Made by a program: the position numbers and the translations under genes. From Nitrospinae bacterium CG11_big_fil_rev_8_21_14_0_20_56_8 (GTDB taxonomy: Bacteria; Nitrospinota; Nitrospinia; Nitrospinales; VA-1), in assembly GCA_002796165.1 (NCBI GenBank), contig PCWF01000189.1, positions 1-32,247 of the forward strand: 32,247 bases of DNA. The letters are read 5' to 3'. Shown here in pieces: positions 1-8,437 of the stretch. Numbering within the stretch: position 1 is the stretch's first letter; each line of letters starts with the position of its first letter. The notes beneath the pieces are model-generated. The model worked only from the letters and a program-made list of their open reading frames with translations. It was not told the DNA's origin and ran no database searches.

Positions 1-519
1 AAAAGCTCCCGCTTCGCCTTTATTCAGACTCCCGCGGTAACCAAAATAATCATCAGAAATAATAATGCTTCCAACTTGAAGCATCGGGCCCGGAATCCTG
101 AGCCCAATGAGCCCGCTGGATAAAATTTATTAACTTATTTCCTTTGAATATTTGTCTTCAGATTTCTCTGGGCTAGTCAAAAGCCACGTAAAATGGGAGC
201 CGCGGTTACCGGTTACAGTCTTCGAAGGCATTTTAGCTGAATGATTTAGAGTGTCAAGGAAGTAGTCCATGCCCTATTCCCTTGAATTATATATAGTTTT
301 ACGGCCTTTCGGCTGAAAGTTTGTGAACCCTATTCCTTCGCATCCTTAACCGCTCCACAAACGCCCTGAAATCGTCTCCCTTGCGTCTTTTTCAAACCAA
401 AACCCTTGCGCCCATTTTTCTAGAATGGAATATGCCGCCTCAATCCGCTTTCAAATTTTGTCGGACTGTTTTGATAAAGGTTCATGGCCGAATCATTTCC
501 CTCGCTTCCAAGGTTTGAG

Positions 520-1692
520 TTAAACGTATTTCGCCAAGATGCCTTTCAGGGTTTTGGCGTAGTTTTCCCAAGTGTAATTTTTCGCTACCCGGTACGCCGC
601 TTCGCCCATCTTTTTTGCGAGATCGGGATTGTTCAGCAGTTTGTTGATATGACCGATCATGGCTTCCCGGTCTCCTATGGGGGGGTGAAACCCGCTCACG
701 CCGTGTTCAAACAGTTCCGCTACGCCGGAACCCGCCGGGATGATCCCCGGGCATCCGCACCCGGCGGCCTCCAGGGTTTGCATGCCAAAGGCCTCATGGA
801 CTGGATGCACATGTACCGTAGCTTTCGAGCACAGGTCCATGATCATGGTTTCGTTCAGAGGACCCAGGACGCGGACTCTTCCTTCCAGTCCCCGCTTCTT
901 CAGGTCCATCAGAAAATCATCTTTCAACGACTCAGGATGCCAGAATCCCCCTATGGTCAGGATGGCGTCCTTGCGATCCAGTCTTTCAAGAATGTCGAGG
1001 AAAACGTTGGGGATGTTTCCAATGTCCCAGCGGTCGAAGGTGAGAAACATTGGCTCCCGGTCCGAAAAGGGCGGGAGGGTCTCTTTCACGAAGCAACCCG
1101 GTGCAAGAACTTCGAGCGGCTTGGCGGTCAGTTTTCTCAAATGGGGATGGTGGAAGGTACCGCTGGTGATGACGGCCCGGCATTTTGCCAACGCGAAACG
1201 GTCAAGCCATTGGGCACCCAGGTATAACAGGGGAAATTTCCAGCCGAACCGGTTTTCATAAATTTTCTTCGCCGTGTAGGTCGAGGGGTCCCACATCAGA
1301 AAAAGGAAGGGAATACCCCGGCGCCTCTCGATGTTTCGGGTGGCGAACGTACTGTATTGACAACAAGCGATGATGACGTCAAATTCTTTTTCCCCGATGG
1401 AACGATGGGCAAAGAAATAACTCAAGAGGTGATGGAGAGAGAAAAATGACATCCCCGGAAGCTTGAAGTTGATCCGCCGCGCCCACGCGGGAAAATTCTC
1501 GAAAAGGTAGCGGATCTTGATTCCTCCCATGTGGTAATCGTAGTGCTCCCGGTGTTTTTCCCAATGGTCTTTTTCAATAATTACCAGAGCCTCGGCTTCC
1601 ACCCCCTGCTCCACCAGTTTCCGGATGGGCCAACCGAGGAGTTTCGGCGTGCTCCCTGGAGCCAATTCGTCTATCAGAATTGCGATTTTCAT
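520..1692 (-). CDS. Glycosyltransferase, GT-B fold (GT4-like)
   Basis: 390-aa ORF with ATG at 1692. The C-terminal half carries the GT4 signature HPVHEAFGMQTLEAAGCGCPGIIPAGSGVAELFEHGVSGF (E-x7-E). It is the last gene of the nine-gene minus-strand array 10579->520. Confidence 0.85.
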   Translation of the reverse strand: MKIAILIDELAPGSTPKLLGWPIRKLVEQGVEAEALVIIEKDHWEKHREHYDYHMGGIKIRYLFENFPAWARRINFKLPGMSFFSLHHLLSYFFAHRSIGEKEFDVIIACCQYSTFATRNIERRRGIPFLFLMWDPSTYTAKKIYENRFGWKFPLLYLGAQWLDRFALAKCRAVITSGTFHHPHLRKLTAKPLEVLAPGCFVKETLPPFSDREPMFLTFDRWDIGNIPNVFLDILERLDRKDAILTIGGFWHPESLKDDFLMDLKKRGLEGRVRVLGPLNETMIMDLCSKATVHVHPVHEAFGMQTLEAAGCGCPGIIPAGSGVAELFEHGVSGFHPPIGDREAMIGHINKLLNNPDLAKKMGEAAYRVAKNYTWENYAKTLKGILAKYV

Positions 1693-1752
1693 TTTTTGGA
1701 TTTCAAAGCCTGCAAAGCGGGTTTAAAAGATATCAAGCAACCTTGCGCCGCA

Positions 1753-3372
1753 CTATGGGTTCTTTTTGAGGTAAAAATTCCCGAGGGCCAGACCGTCCAA
1801 TCCGGACGAGAAGTAGGTTTGCAGGGCAGACCGGGGTTCGCAGGTAATGGGTTGTCCCATCACATTAAGCGAGGTGTTCAGGACGACCGGGACTCCGGTG
1901 ATCTTTTCAAACTCGGAAATAAGTTTGTGATACCTCGGATTAGTTACGGGATTGACGGATTGAATCCGCGCGGTTCCATCGACATGGGTTACTGCCGGGA
2001 TGATCCTCTTCTTACTTTCGATCACATCGAAGGTGATCGTCATATAGGGGGACACAATGACGCCCTTGAAATAGTCCGCCTGTTTTTCCTCCAGAACGGA
2101 AGGGGTGAAAGGGCGGTACTCTTCCCGGAATTTGACCAGACGGTTGATTTTATCCTTCATGCTCTCGTCCCTCGGATCGGCCAGGATGCTCCGATTGCCT
2201 AAAGCGCGCGGGCCAAATTCCATGCGTCCCTGGAACCAGCCGATGATCATTCCCCGAGCCAGGTCCTCTGCTACCCGGGCTTCGATGTTTTCCAGAAATT
2301 CGTAATTCAAATGGCAATCATCCAAAACCTGCCGGATTTCCTCATTGCGGTACTCGGGGCCCAGGTAAGCGTGGTTGAGGGGTTTGGGAGCAATGTTGTT
2401 TTTGACGCTTTGGAGCAGGGCCCCCCCTATGGCGAGGCCGGCGTCGGAAACATGTGGCGGAACAAAGAAGTCGTCCACCAGACTCGATTCGCGGATTTTC
2501 TGGTTCATGGAACAATTCAGGGAAACCCCGCCGGCCAGGCAGAGGCGCCGGATTCCGGTCTTTTTCACCAGACGTTCCACCAGATGCAAGACCATGGTCT
2601 CCAGGGATTTTTGACCGCTGGCCGCAACGTTCATATGGTATTCGGTTACGGGTTCCCCTGAGAGACGCGCGGGTTGCGGAAGCGAAAGGTTCCCCACGTA
2701 AATTTTTTCCTGCTTGGAGGGGGCAGGAAGGCCGGGAGACACCGCAGATTTCAAATGAGCGGGATTTAACTGATATTTTTCTCCATGGATATGGAGCACT
2801 TCGGAGAAATCGAGGGTGGGTTTCCCGTAGGAGGCAAGGCCCATGACCTTGTATTCGTCGCTGTCTTTCTGGTAGCCCAGATATTGGGTGAGAATAGAGT
2901 AGAACACGCCCAGCGAATTGGGTTTGGAAATTCTGTAAAGTTCCCTGATATCCAGATTTTCCCCAACAGCGGCAAATGTGCTGGTCCCGTCTCCGGAGTA
3001 GTCCATCGTAAGGATCAAAGCGGGCTCACGGGTCCAGAGGTAATAGGTCGATGCGGCGTGGCACAGGTGGTGATCTTCCAGGACGATGGGAGGAGAATAA
3101 CCGAAGGTGAAATCGAAATAATCGTGAAGAATTTCGTTGAAATTCTTGTAGGTGGCTCCGGGAAAGGTTACCGAGGCGACATCGCGAATCGAAATGCCCG
3201 CTTGCTTGAGGCAAAAGCGGATGGCGTTTTTCGGCAAAAGCCCGGATGCGTGCTTGATTTGGATCAGTCGTTCTTCTTCGGCCGCGGCAATGATTTCTCC
3301 GTTGTGGATGAGCGCCGCCGCTCCGTCCTGGTTTCCGGATAACACACCGCCGCTGATTCCTAAGAAATACAT
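1753..3372 (-). CDS. Carbamoyltransferase, NodU/CmcH/TobZ family
   Basis: The ORF track gives 1753..3402 (TTG). I prefer the in-frame ATG at 3372 (MYFLGISGG...), which has AAGGAA about 8 nt upstream. The N-terminus (GISGG, DGAAALI, LEDHHLCHAAS) and the roughly 540-aa length are typical of this carbamoyltransferase family. Confidence 0.9.
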   Translation of the reverse strand: MYFLGISGGVLSGNQDGAAALIHNGEIIAAAEEERLIQIKHASGLLPKNAIRFCLKQAGISIRDVASVTFPGATYKNFNEILHDYFDFTFGYSPPIVLEDHHLCHAASTYYLWTREPALILTMDYSGDGTSTFAAVGENLDIRELYRISKPNSLGVFYSILTQYLGYQKDSDEYKVMGLASYGKPTLDFSEVLHIHGEKYQLNPAHLKSAVSPGLPAPSKQEKIYVGNLSLPQPARLSGEPVTEYHMNVAASGQKSLETMVLHLVERLVKKTGIRRLCLAGGVSLNCSMNQKIRESSLVDDFFVPPHVSDAGLAIGGALLQSVKNNIAPKPLNHAYLGPEYRNEEIRQVLDDCHLNYEFLENIEARVAEDLARGMIIGWFQGRMEFGPRALGNRSILADPRDESMKDKINRLVKFREEYRPFTPSVLEEKQADYFKGVIVSPYMTITFDVIESKKRIIPAVTHVDGTARIQSVNPVTNPRYHKLISEFEKITGVPVVLNTSLNVMGQPITCEPRSALQTYFSSGLDGLALGNFYLKKNP

Positions 3373-3414
3373 GTGAATTTTCCTTGGGTGAAGGGATGGC
3401 AAAACATAATGTCG

Positions 3415-4422
3415 TCAGGAAATTTTGGATTTTCTGAACAACGATTCCTGTAGAAAGCTCCTACCCTCCGCGCTGAACAGGGTCTGTTGGGTATAAATAA
3501 AAACTTGAACAAAGTTTAAAACGGGATGATACAGCCAATAAATATTTTTCTCCCGAACCGCAAGCCATAAGGCATGGATGCCGGAAAAAACGGGAATGCT
3601 TGCATAAAACAGCCAGAGCAGGAATCGCCTGAAGAATCCGGGATTAAACGCCCACCTCATGTTACGGTTTTTTCTCTGCTCCAGAAAATGTTTGGCGTAA
3701 TTCCGCCTGAATTTTCCTGCCCACTCCCCGACCGACCGGACATGGTGGTGGATGGTGTGCAGGTCGGAAATAAAGGCGACACGATTGTGGTTTTCCTCGA
3801 TCATGTTCTGGAAAATGTCGTTATCCCCGATAAAATCATCCGCGACGAAAAATTTACGGACATATTCCAGCTTCAGGATAAGCCCATTGGCTCCCCACAC
3901 AAGCGGGTGGCGGGAATCGACTTGGAACACCTTTCCTTGTTTATTGCCGGCAGAAAAAGACTGGCCCGCAATCAGATACCCGTCAAGGTGTTTGTTGGTG
4001 AAAAAGGAAAGCGGTTCGCTTTGAATCAGGGCAAAATATTTGTTGACGGGTTTGTCGTGCTCTCCTGAAACCTGCCTTCCCCACAGGGCGGCGAGATCGG
4101 GGAACTCTTCGAAGCAGAGGTTTGCCGTGTTCATCCAATCGGTCCCATAAAGCTCATTGTCTGCCGCGAACATGACGACTAGATCCGCATCCGCGTTTTC
4201 CCCGTAAATCCGAAACGCATAATGGGCCAGGCGGTCGGGATTTTCGAGAAACCGGACGGGAAACTGCATGGCGATTTCATAGGTACGGTCCGTGGAGCCC
4301 CCGTCCACGATCACCACTTCAATTTTCTCCCTGGGGTAATCCTGACGGAAAATACTTTCCAGGCATGGGCCGAGAAAGGCTTCCGCATTATAGGTCGGGA
4401 TGAAAATGGAGAATTTGTTCAT
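3415..4422 (-). CDS. Glycosyltransferase family 2 with C-terminal hydrophobic segment(s)
   Basis: The ORF track extends to 4677, but that N-terminal extension overlaps the upstream acetyltransferase gene and is Arg/Gly-rich junk. The in-frame ATG at 4422 gives MNKFSIFIPTYNAEAFLGPCLESIFRQDYPREKIEVVIVDGGSTDRT, a classic GT-A/GT2 start. An acidic AADNE motif follows. The C-terminus has FLLWLFYASIPVFSGIHALWLAV plus a second weaker hydrophobic stretch. Confidence 0.85.
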   Translation of the reverse strand: MNKFSIFIPTYNAEAFLGPCLESIFRQDYPREKIEVVIVDGGSTDRTYEIAMQFPVRFLENPDRLAHYAFRIYGENADADLVVMFAADNELYGTDWMNTANLCFEEFPDLAALWGRQVSGEHDKPVNKYFALIQSEPLSFFTNKHLDGYLIAGQSFSAGNKQGKVFQVDSRHPLVWGANGLILKLEYVRKFFVADDFIGDNDIFQNMIEENHNRVAFISDLHTIHHHVRSVGEWAGKFRRNYAKHFLEQRKNRNMRWAFNPGFFRRFLLWLFYASIPVFSGIHALWLAVREKNIYWLYHPVLNFVQVFIYTQQTLFSAEGRSFLQESLFRKSKIS

Positions 4423-4445
4423 TTTCAGGTTCCCGAAAACGGAGC

Positions 4446-5123
4446 TCAAATTTTGGACTTTCGGCTCGAATTGATAATTTTTGCCGGGACCCCCGCGACG
4501 GTGGTCCCTTCGGGGATGTCGGCAATGATAACCGAACCTGCCCCCACAATCACGTTTGAGCCGATTTTGATATCCGGGATGATTTTGGATCCCGCCCCGA
4601 TGAAAGTATTTTCTCCGACACTTGTATTCGAAGTGAAGTTGACCCCCGGACCGATATAAACGTTGTTTCCAAGGCACGTCTCGTGCTCGATTGTGGAATT
4701 GGAGTAAACCACCACATTGTTTCCGATTTTTGCGAAAGCATTGACGACCACTCCCGGATTCAAAACGACTCCTTCCCCGATGTCGGCAAATGGACTTACG
4801 AAAGCGGTTTTATGTATCAGGGAGGGAAGAGCCAACCCGAGTTTTTTTACCCGGTTGAACAGATCGTGACGCAGTTTTAGAAACCGGTTGGAAATTCCCA
4901 ATACCACATGGGTAATATTGTGTATTTGAGAAATTTTCTCCAGATCTTCAATCGTCCCCAATACGGGGAGATCCAGAACGCAAGATTCCGCCAGAGCGGG
5001 GTCGTCGTCCAGATATCCGACAATCCTGAACTCCTGCGGATAACATTCCCGAATGATCGCGACCAACACTTTCGCATGTTGCCTTGCTCCCAGGATGACC
5101 AGATTTTTAGCAGGCGGAGTCAA
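4446..5123 (-). CDS. Sugar N-/O-acetyltransferase, NeuD/PglD-like (left-handed beta-helix)
   Basis: 225-aa ORF with a TTG start at 5123 and no nearby ATG. The N-terminal Rossmann-like subdomain is LVILGARQHAKVLVAII...IVGYLDDD. The C-terminal hexapeptide repeats are IGEGVVLNPGVVVNAFAKIGNNVVVYSNSTIEHETCLGNNVYIGPGVNF...IGAGSKI...IGSNVIVGAGSVI. Confidence 0.85.
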   Translation of the reverse strand: MTPPAKNLVILGARQHAKVLVAIIRECYPQEFRIVGYLDDDPALAESCVLDLPVLGTIEDLEKISQIHNITHVVLGISNRFLKLRHDLFNRVKKLGLALPSLIHKTAFVSPFADIGEGVVLNPGVVVNAFAKIGNNVVVYSNSTIEHETCLGNNVYIGPGVNFTSNTSVGENTFIGAGSKIIPDIKIGSNVIVGAGSVIIADIPEGTTVAGVPAKIINSSRKSKI

Positions 5124-5223
5124 AGTGAGTACCGAACGGTTGAACCAGGTTCATGTGGCCGGCGCAGTGTTTCCACCGATGGGATTTTGGTTTCGCGGGT
5201 CCCACACGGGAATTCCGCGGACC

Positions 5224-6219
5224 TTATTCCTTCGGTCGTGACTGCAAGGCGGATTGGATTTCCTGCATAACGGTCACCACATCATGGCCCTGTTTCCCAT
5301 CTGTCAGGGGAACCCGGCGGGTCCGGATGCAGTCAATGAAATGCGAGCACATTCCCTTCAAAGGCTCGTGCTCCTTCAAGACGGGAGAGATGATGTCCCC
5401 ATCCCGCAGATGCAATTGGAACTCCCCGAAGTCGTCATAATCATCGGCGACCGAAATCCCTTTTTTAAACAACTTCACCTTTTCGAGGTTGTCCAGATCG
5501 TTAAAGACCACGCGGGCCCGGCTTCCCACAAGAGTGATGGTTCTTTCCTTGTTGGAATCCTCCCAACTGACATGGATGTTTGCGACCACGTTGTTGGGAT
5601 AGGTCAGGTTGATGAATGCCACGTCCTCTTTTCCTCCCTTGAGATGACAGGCACCGATGGCATGAACCGATTGGGGCGAGGAACCCAGAAAATAATTAAA
5701 GATTGAAATATCGTGGGGCGCAAGATCCCACGCTACGTTAACGTCATCCCGAATCAGTCCCAGATGGGTCCGATTGGCTTTAAGGTAATAGAGTTTGCCC
5801 AGTTCCCCGTCCTCGATCAACTCCTTCACTTTCTGGATTCCTGCGTTGTATAGAAAAATGTGGGCGACCATCAGGATACGGTTTTTTTTCTGAGCGATTC
5901 GGCACAGTTCTTCAGACTCCTGGGCTGTTGTGGCCAGCGGTTTTTCGGCGAGCACATCTTTCCCGGAAAGCAGAAAGGTTTTGGCCAGTTCAAAATGGGT
6001 CGCGGCAGGGGTTACGACGACAACGGCGTTCAGCGTCTCATCGTTGATCAGGTCGTCCATGTTGCTGGTTTTTCTAATATCGGGATAGTTCTTGATGCGG
6101 TCAAATTGTTTGGGGTTTTTATCGCACGCCCACGTCACTTTCACTCCCTCGAGAGCGGCCATGACACGAACGTAATTGGGGCCCCAGTGGCCCAGACCCA
6201 AAATGCCGATGTTCAACAT
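5224..6219 (-). CDS. Gfo/Idh/MocA-family NAD-dependent sugar oxidoreductase (WbpB/GnnA-like role plausible)
   Basis: 331-aa ORF. It has an N-terminal dinucleotide fold (MLNIGILGLGHWGPNY) and the LAEKPLA motif typical of the family. It starts 3 nt after the stop of the aminotransferase gene. Confidence 0.85.
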   Translation of the reverse strand: MLNIGILGLGHWGPNYVRVMAALEGVKVTWACDKNPKQFDRIKNYPDIRKTSNMDDLINDETLNAVVVVTPAATHFELAKTFLLSGKDVLAEKPLATTAQESEELCRIAQKKNRILMVAHIFLYNAGIQKVKELIEDGELGKLYYLKANRTHLGLIRDDVNVAWDLAPHDISIFNYFLGSSPQSVHAIGACHLKGGKEDVAFINLTYPNNVVANIHVSWEDSNKERTITLVGSRARVVFNDLDNLEKVKLFKKGISVADDYDDFGEFQLHLRDGDIISPVLKEHEPLKGMCSHFIDCIRTRRVPLTDGKQGHDVVTVMQEIQSALQSRPKE

Positions 6220-6222
6220 GGC

Positions 6223-7356
6223 TCAACCAAAAAAGTGTTTGATGGTTTGGATCACGCGGTCGATCTGATGGCCGGTCATCTCTGGAAACATGGGCAAGGA
6301 TAATATCTCCTTGCAGGATCTGTCCGTAAAGGGATTGTCGGTTCCCGGGATCTTCAAATGAGAATAAACCCCCTGTGCATAAATGGGGTGGGGGTAATGG
6401 ATTCCGGATTGGATCCCTTCGTCGTTGAGGTGCTTGAGAAGTGCGTCTCTTTGTTGTGTGCGCACCACGTAAAGGTGGAAAACGTGGTTTTCCCGTTCGG
6501 GAATTTGCGGAAGAATCAGGTCTCCAACTCCATGAAGATGGGCGTTGTACGAATGGGCAACTTTTCGTCTCGATTCGTTCCACCCGTCCAGCAGGGGAAG
6601 TTTTATGTTGAGGATGGCGGCCTGGACGGTATCAAGGCGGCTGTTGAATCCCAGAATGTCGTGAACGTATTTTTTTGGGGACCCATAATTCCTGAGGCGG
6701 ATCAAGCGCTCATATAGGGAATCCTCGGAAGTGACTACGGCTCCGCCATCTCCATACGCCCCGAGATTCTTACCCGGATAAAAGGAAAAACATCCCAGGT
6801 TGCCGAAAGTTCCGGTCCGCTTGCCATTCCAGTTGGCGCCATGCGACTGGCATGCGTCTTCGACCACTTTCAAGTTGTGATCCTGCGCGATCTTCATCAG
6901 GGTATCCATGTCCACCGCCCGGCCATACAGGTGAACGGGAATGATGGCACGGGTCCTCGGTGTTATTTTCTCTTCGATTTTTTGGAGGTCCAGGTTGAAT
7001 GTTTTTTCATCGGCGTCCACAAATACGGGAGTGGCTCCGGTGTATGAGATTCCGAGCGCCGTGGCGATGAAGGTGTTTGCGGCGGTGATCACCTCGTCTC
7101 CTTCGCCGATATCGAGAGCCCTGAGGGCCAGGTGGAGGGCGTCGGTACCCGAAGCCACTCCAATGCAGTATTTGGCCCTGCAGTAGGTAGCGAAATGGTT
7201 TTCAAATTCGGTAACCTGGGGCCCGAGTATGAATGAGGTGCTTTCGAAGACGGCTTCGACCTGGAGGCGGACCTGTTCCTTGAGATTCTGGTACTGAGTT
7301 TTCAGGTCGACAAATGGGATGATTGGTTTCACGGTTTTATCAGGAGGCAGGTTCAT
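6223..7356 (-). CDS. DegT/DnrJ/EryC1/StrS-family PLP-dependent sugar aminotransferase
   Basis: 377-aa ORF with the family block GVASGTDALHLALRALDIGEGDEVITAANTFIATA. Its ATG overlaps the stop of the upstream epimerase gene (ATGA, 7353-7356). Confidence 0.9.
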   Translation of the reverse strand: MNLPPDKTVKPIIPFVDLKTQYQNLKEQVRLQVEAVFESTSFILGPQVTEFENHFATYCRAKYCIGVASGTDALHLALRALDIGEGDEVITAANTFIATALGISYTGATPVFVDADEKTFNLDLQKIEEKITPRTRAIIPVHLYGRAVDMDTLMKIAQDHNLKVVEDACQSHGANWNGKRTGTFGNLGCFSFYPGKNLGAYGDGGAVVTSEDSLYERLIRLRNYGSPKKYVHDILGFNSRLDTVQAAILNIKLPLLDGWNESRRKVAHSYNAHLHGVGDLILPQIPERENHVFHLYVVRTQQRDALLKHLNDEGIQSGIHYPHPIYAQGVYSHLKIPGTDNPFTDRSCKEILSLPMFPEMTGHQIDRVIQTIKHFFG

Positions 7357-8423
7357 AAAAGGGTATGAGTGACGGATTCGTTTTGTTTGACCCAGTCAAA
7401 GATATTGGCGAGGGTTTCTTCCAGATCTCTTTTGGGTTTCCAGTTCAACCGTTTCGTTACCTTATCATTGTCGGTGATGAAAACGGGGATGTCGGCAGGG
7501 CGGTTGTTGGGGTCCCTGCCGATTTCAACCCGGTTGCCGGTCAGCTTGGTGCACAGATCCGAGAGTTCCTGAAGGGAGACGGAATTTTTGATTCCTCCCC
7601 CCATGTTGAAAATCTCACCCGAAAGCGCATCGAGTTCCCGGATCTGAATGACAATCAGTTCAAAGAGGTCCTGGACATGCAGAACATCCCGCACCTGTTT
7701 TCCCGTTCCGCCGAAACCGATGTAGTTCAGCTTCTTTTTGAAGTAGTGGGCCAGCATCCAGAGGGTGACCACCCCCTGGTCCACTTTACCGAACTGCCAG
7801 GGACCGGCAATCAGGCCACACCGGTTGACGATACCCCGGATCCCGTACATGGCCATGTATTCGGTCATCAACAATTCCGATGCCAGCTTGGTGGCGCCAT
7901 ACATCGATTTGGGCCCTGTGAGTGGAAAGTCCAGTCCCACGCCGTCGTAAGAAAGGCCGGGCAAGGTGTTCCCTCCAAGGTCCCATTCCAGGCGGGTGGG
8001 AGTTTCACGGGTTGGAATGGCCGAGAGCAGGTCGTAGGGGTAAACCCGGCTGGTGGAAAGGAAAATCACAGCCGACTTCTTTTTCCTGGCCAATTCCAGG
8101 CAATTGACGGTGCCAGTCAGGTTTGTCTGAATGACATATTTCGGGTTGACCCCATAACCCGCCATGACGGAGGGTTCGGCCGAACACTCAAGAATCAGAT
8201 CCAAGTCAAAGGCCAAGTCCAGGTCTTCCTCGGACCGGATGTCCCCATGAACGAACTTTACCCCGCTTTCGCGCAGGCGGGGCAGATTGAATTCGGACCC
8301 GCGCCGTTTCAGGTTGTCCAGAGCCCAAACGCCGGACCGAGGAAATTCGCGCTTCAGGGAAACCGCGAGGTGGCTTCCTACAAAACCCGCCCCGCCGGTG
8401 ACCAGAATGTTTTTTGGATCCAT
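7353..8423 (-). CDS. Extended SDR nucleotide-sugar epimerase, CDP-tyvelose/paratose 2-epimerase (Tyv)-like
   Basis: 356-aa ORF with TGGAGFVGSHL, DNLKRRGSEFNL, VKFVHGDIR, YGATKLASE (intact YxxxK), GKQVRDVLHVQDL and NMGGG..SVSLQEL. I recognise these blocks from memory of Salmonella Tyv. AAGGGAG lies upstream. Confidence 0.8.
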   Translation of the reverse strand: MDPKNILVTGGAGFVGSHLAVSLKREFPRSGVWALDNLKRRGSEFNLPRLRESGVKFVHGDIRSEEDLDLAFDLDLILECSAEPSVMAGYGVNPKYVIQTNLTGTVNCLELARKKKSAVIFLSTSRVYPYDLLSAIPTRETPTRLEWDLGGNTLPGLSYDGVGLDFPLTGPKSMYGATKLASELLMTEYMAMYGIRGIVNRCGLIAGPWQFGKVDQGVVTLWMLAHYFKKKLNYIGFGGTGKQVRDVLHVQDLFELIVIQIRELDALSGEIFNMGGGIKNSVSLQELSDLCTKLTGNRVEIGRDPNNRPADIPVFITDNDKVTKRLNWKPKRDLEETLANIFDWVKQNESVTHTLL

Positions 8424-8437
8424 TCCCTTAAACTCCC

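Noticed and set aside
1-123. Window-edge coding potential: minus-strand MLQVGSIIISDDYFGYRGSLNKGEAGAF... starting at 84, versus a plus-strand frame open from 1 to the TAA at 121-123
   Set aside because: Both frames are open and each is under 45 codons. There is no motif to decide between them, so no feature is called.
484-2202. Plus-strand ORFs 484-1227, 740-1261 and 1531-2202
   Set aside because: They overlap the GT4 and carbamoyltransferase genes on the opposite strand and have no motifs. They are treated as shadow ORFs.
4423-4677. 85-codon N-terminal extension of the GT2 ORF as listed in the track (start 4677)
   Set aside because: The extension overlaps the 3' end of the acetyltransferase gene, is Arg/Gly/His-rich, and precedes a canonical GT2 start (MNKFSIFIPTYN) at 4422.
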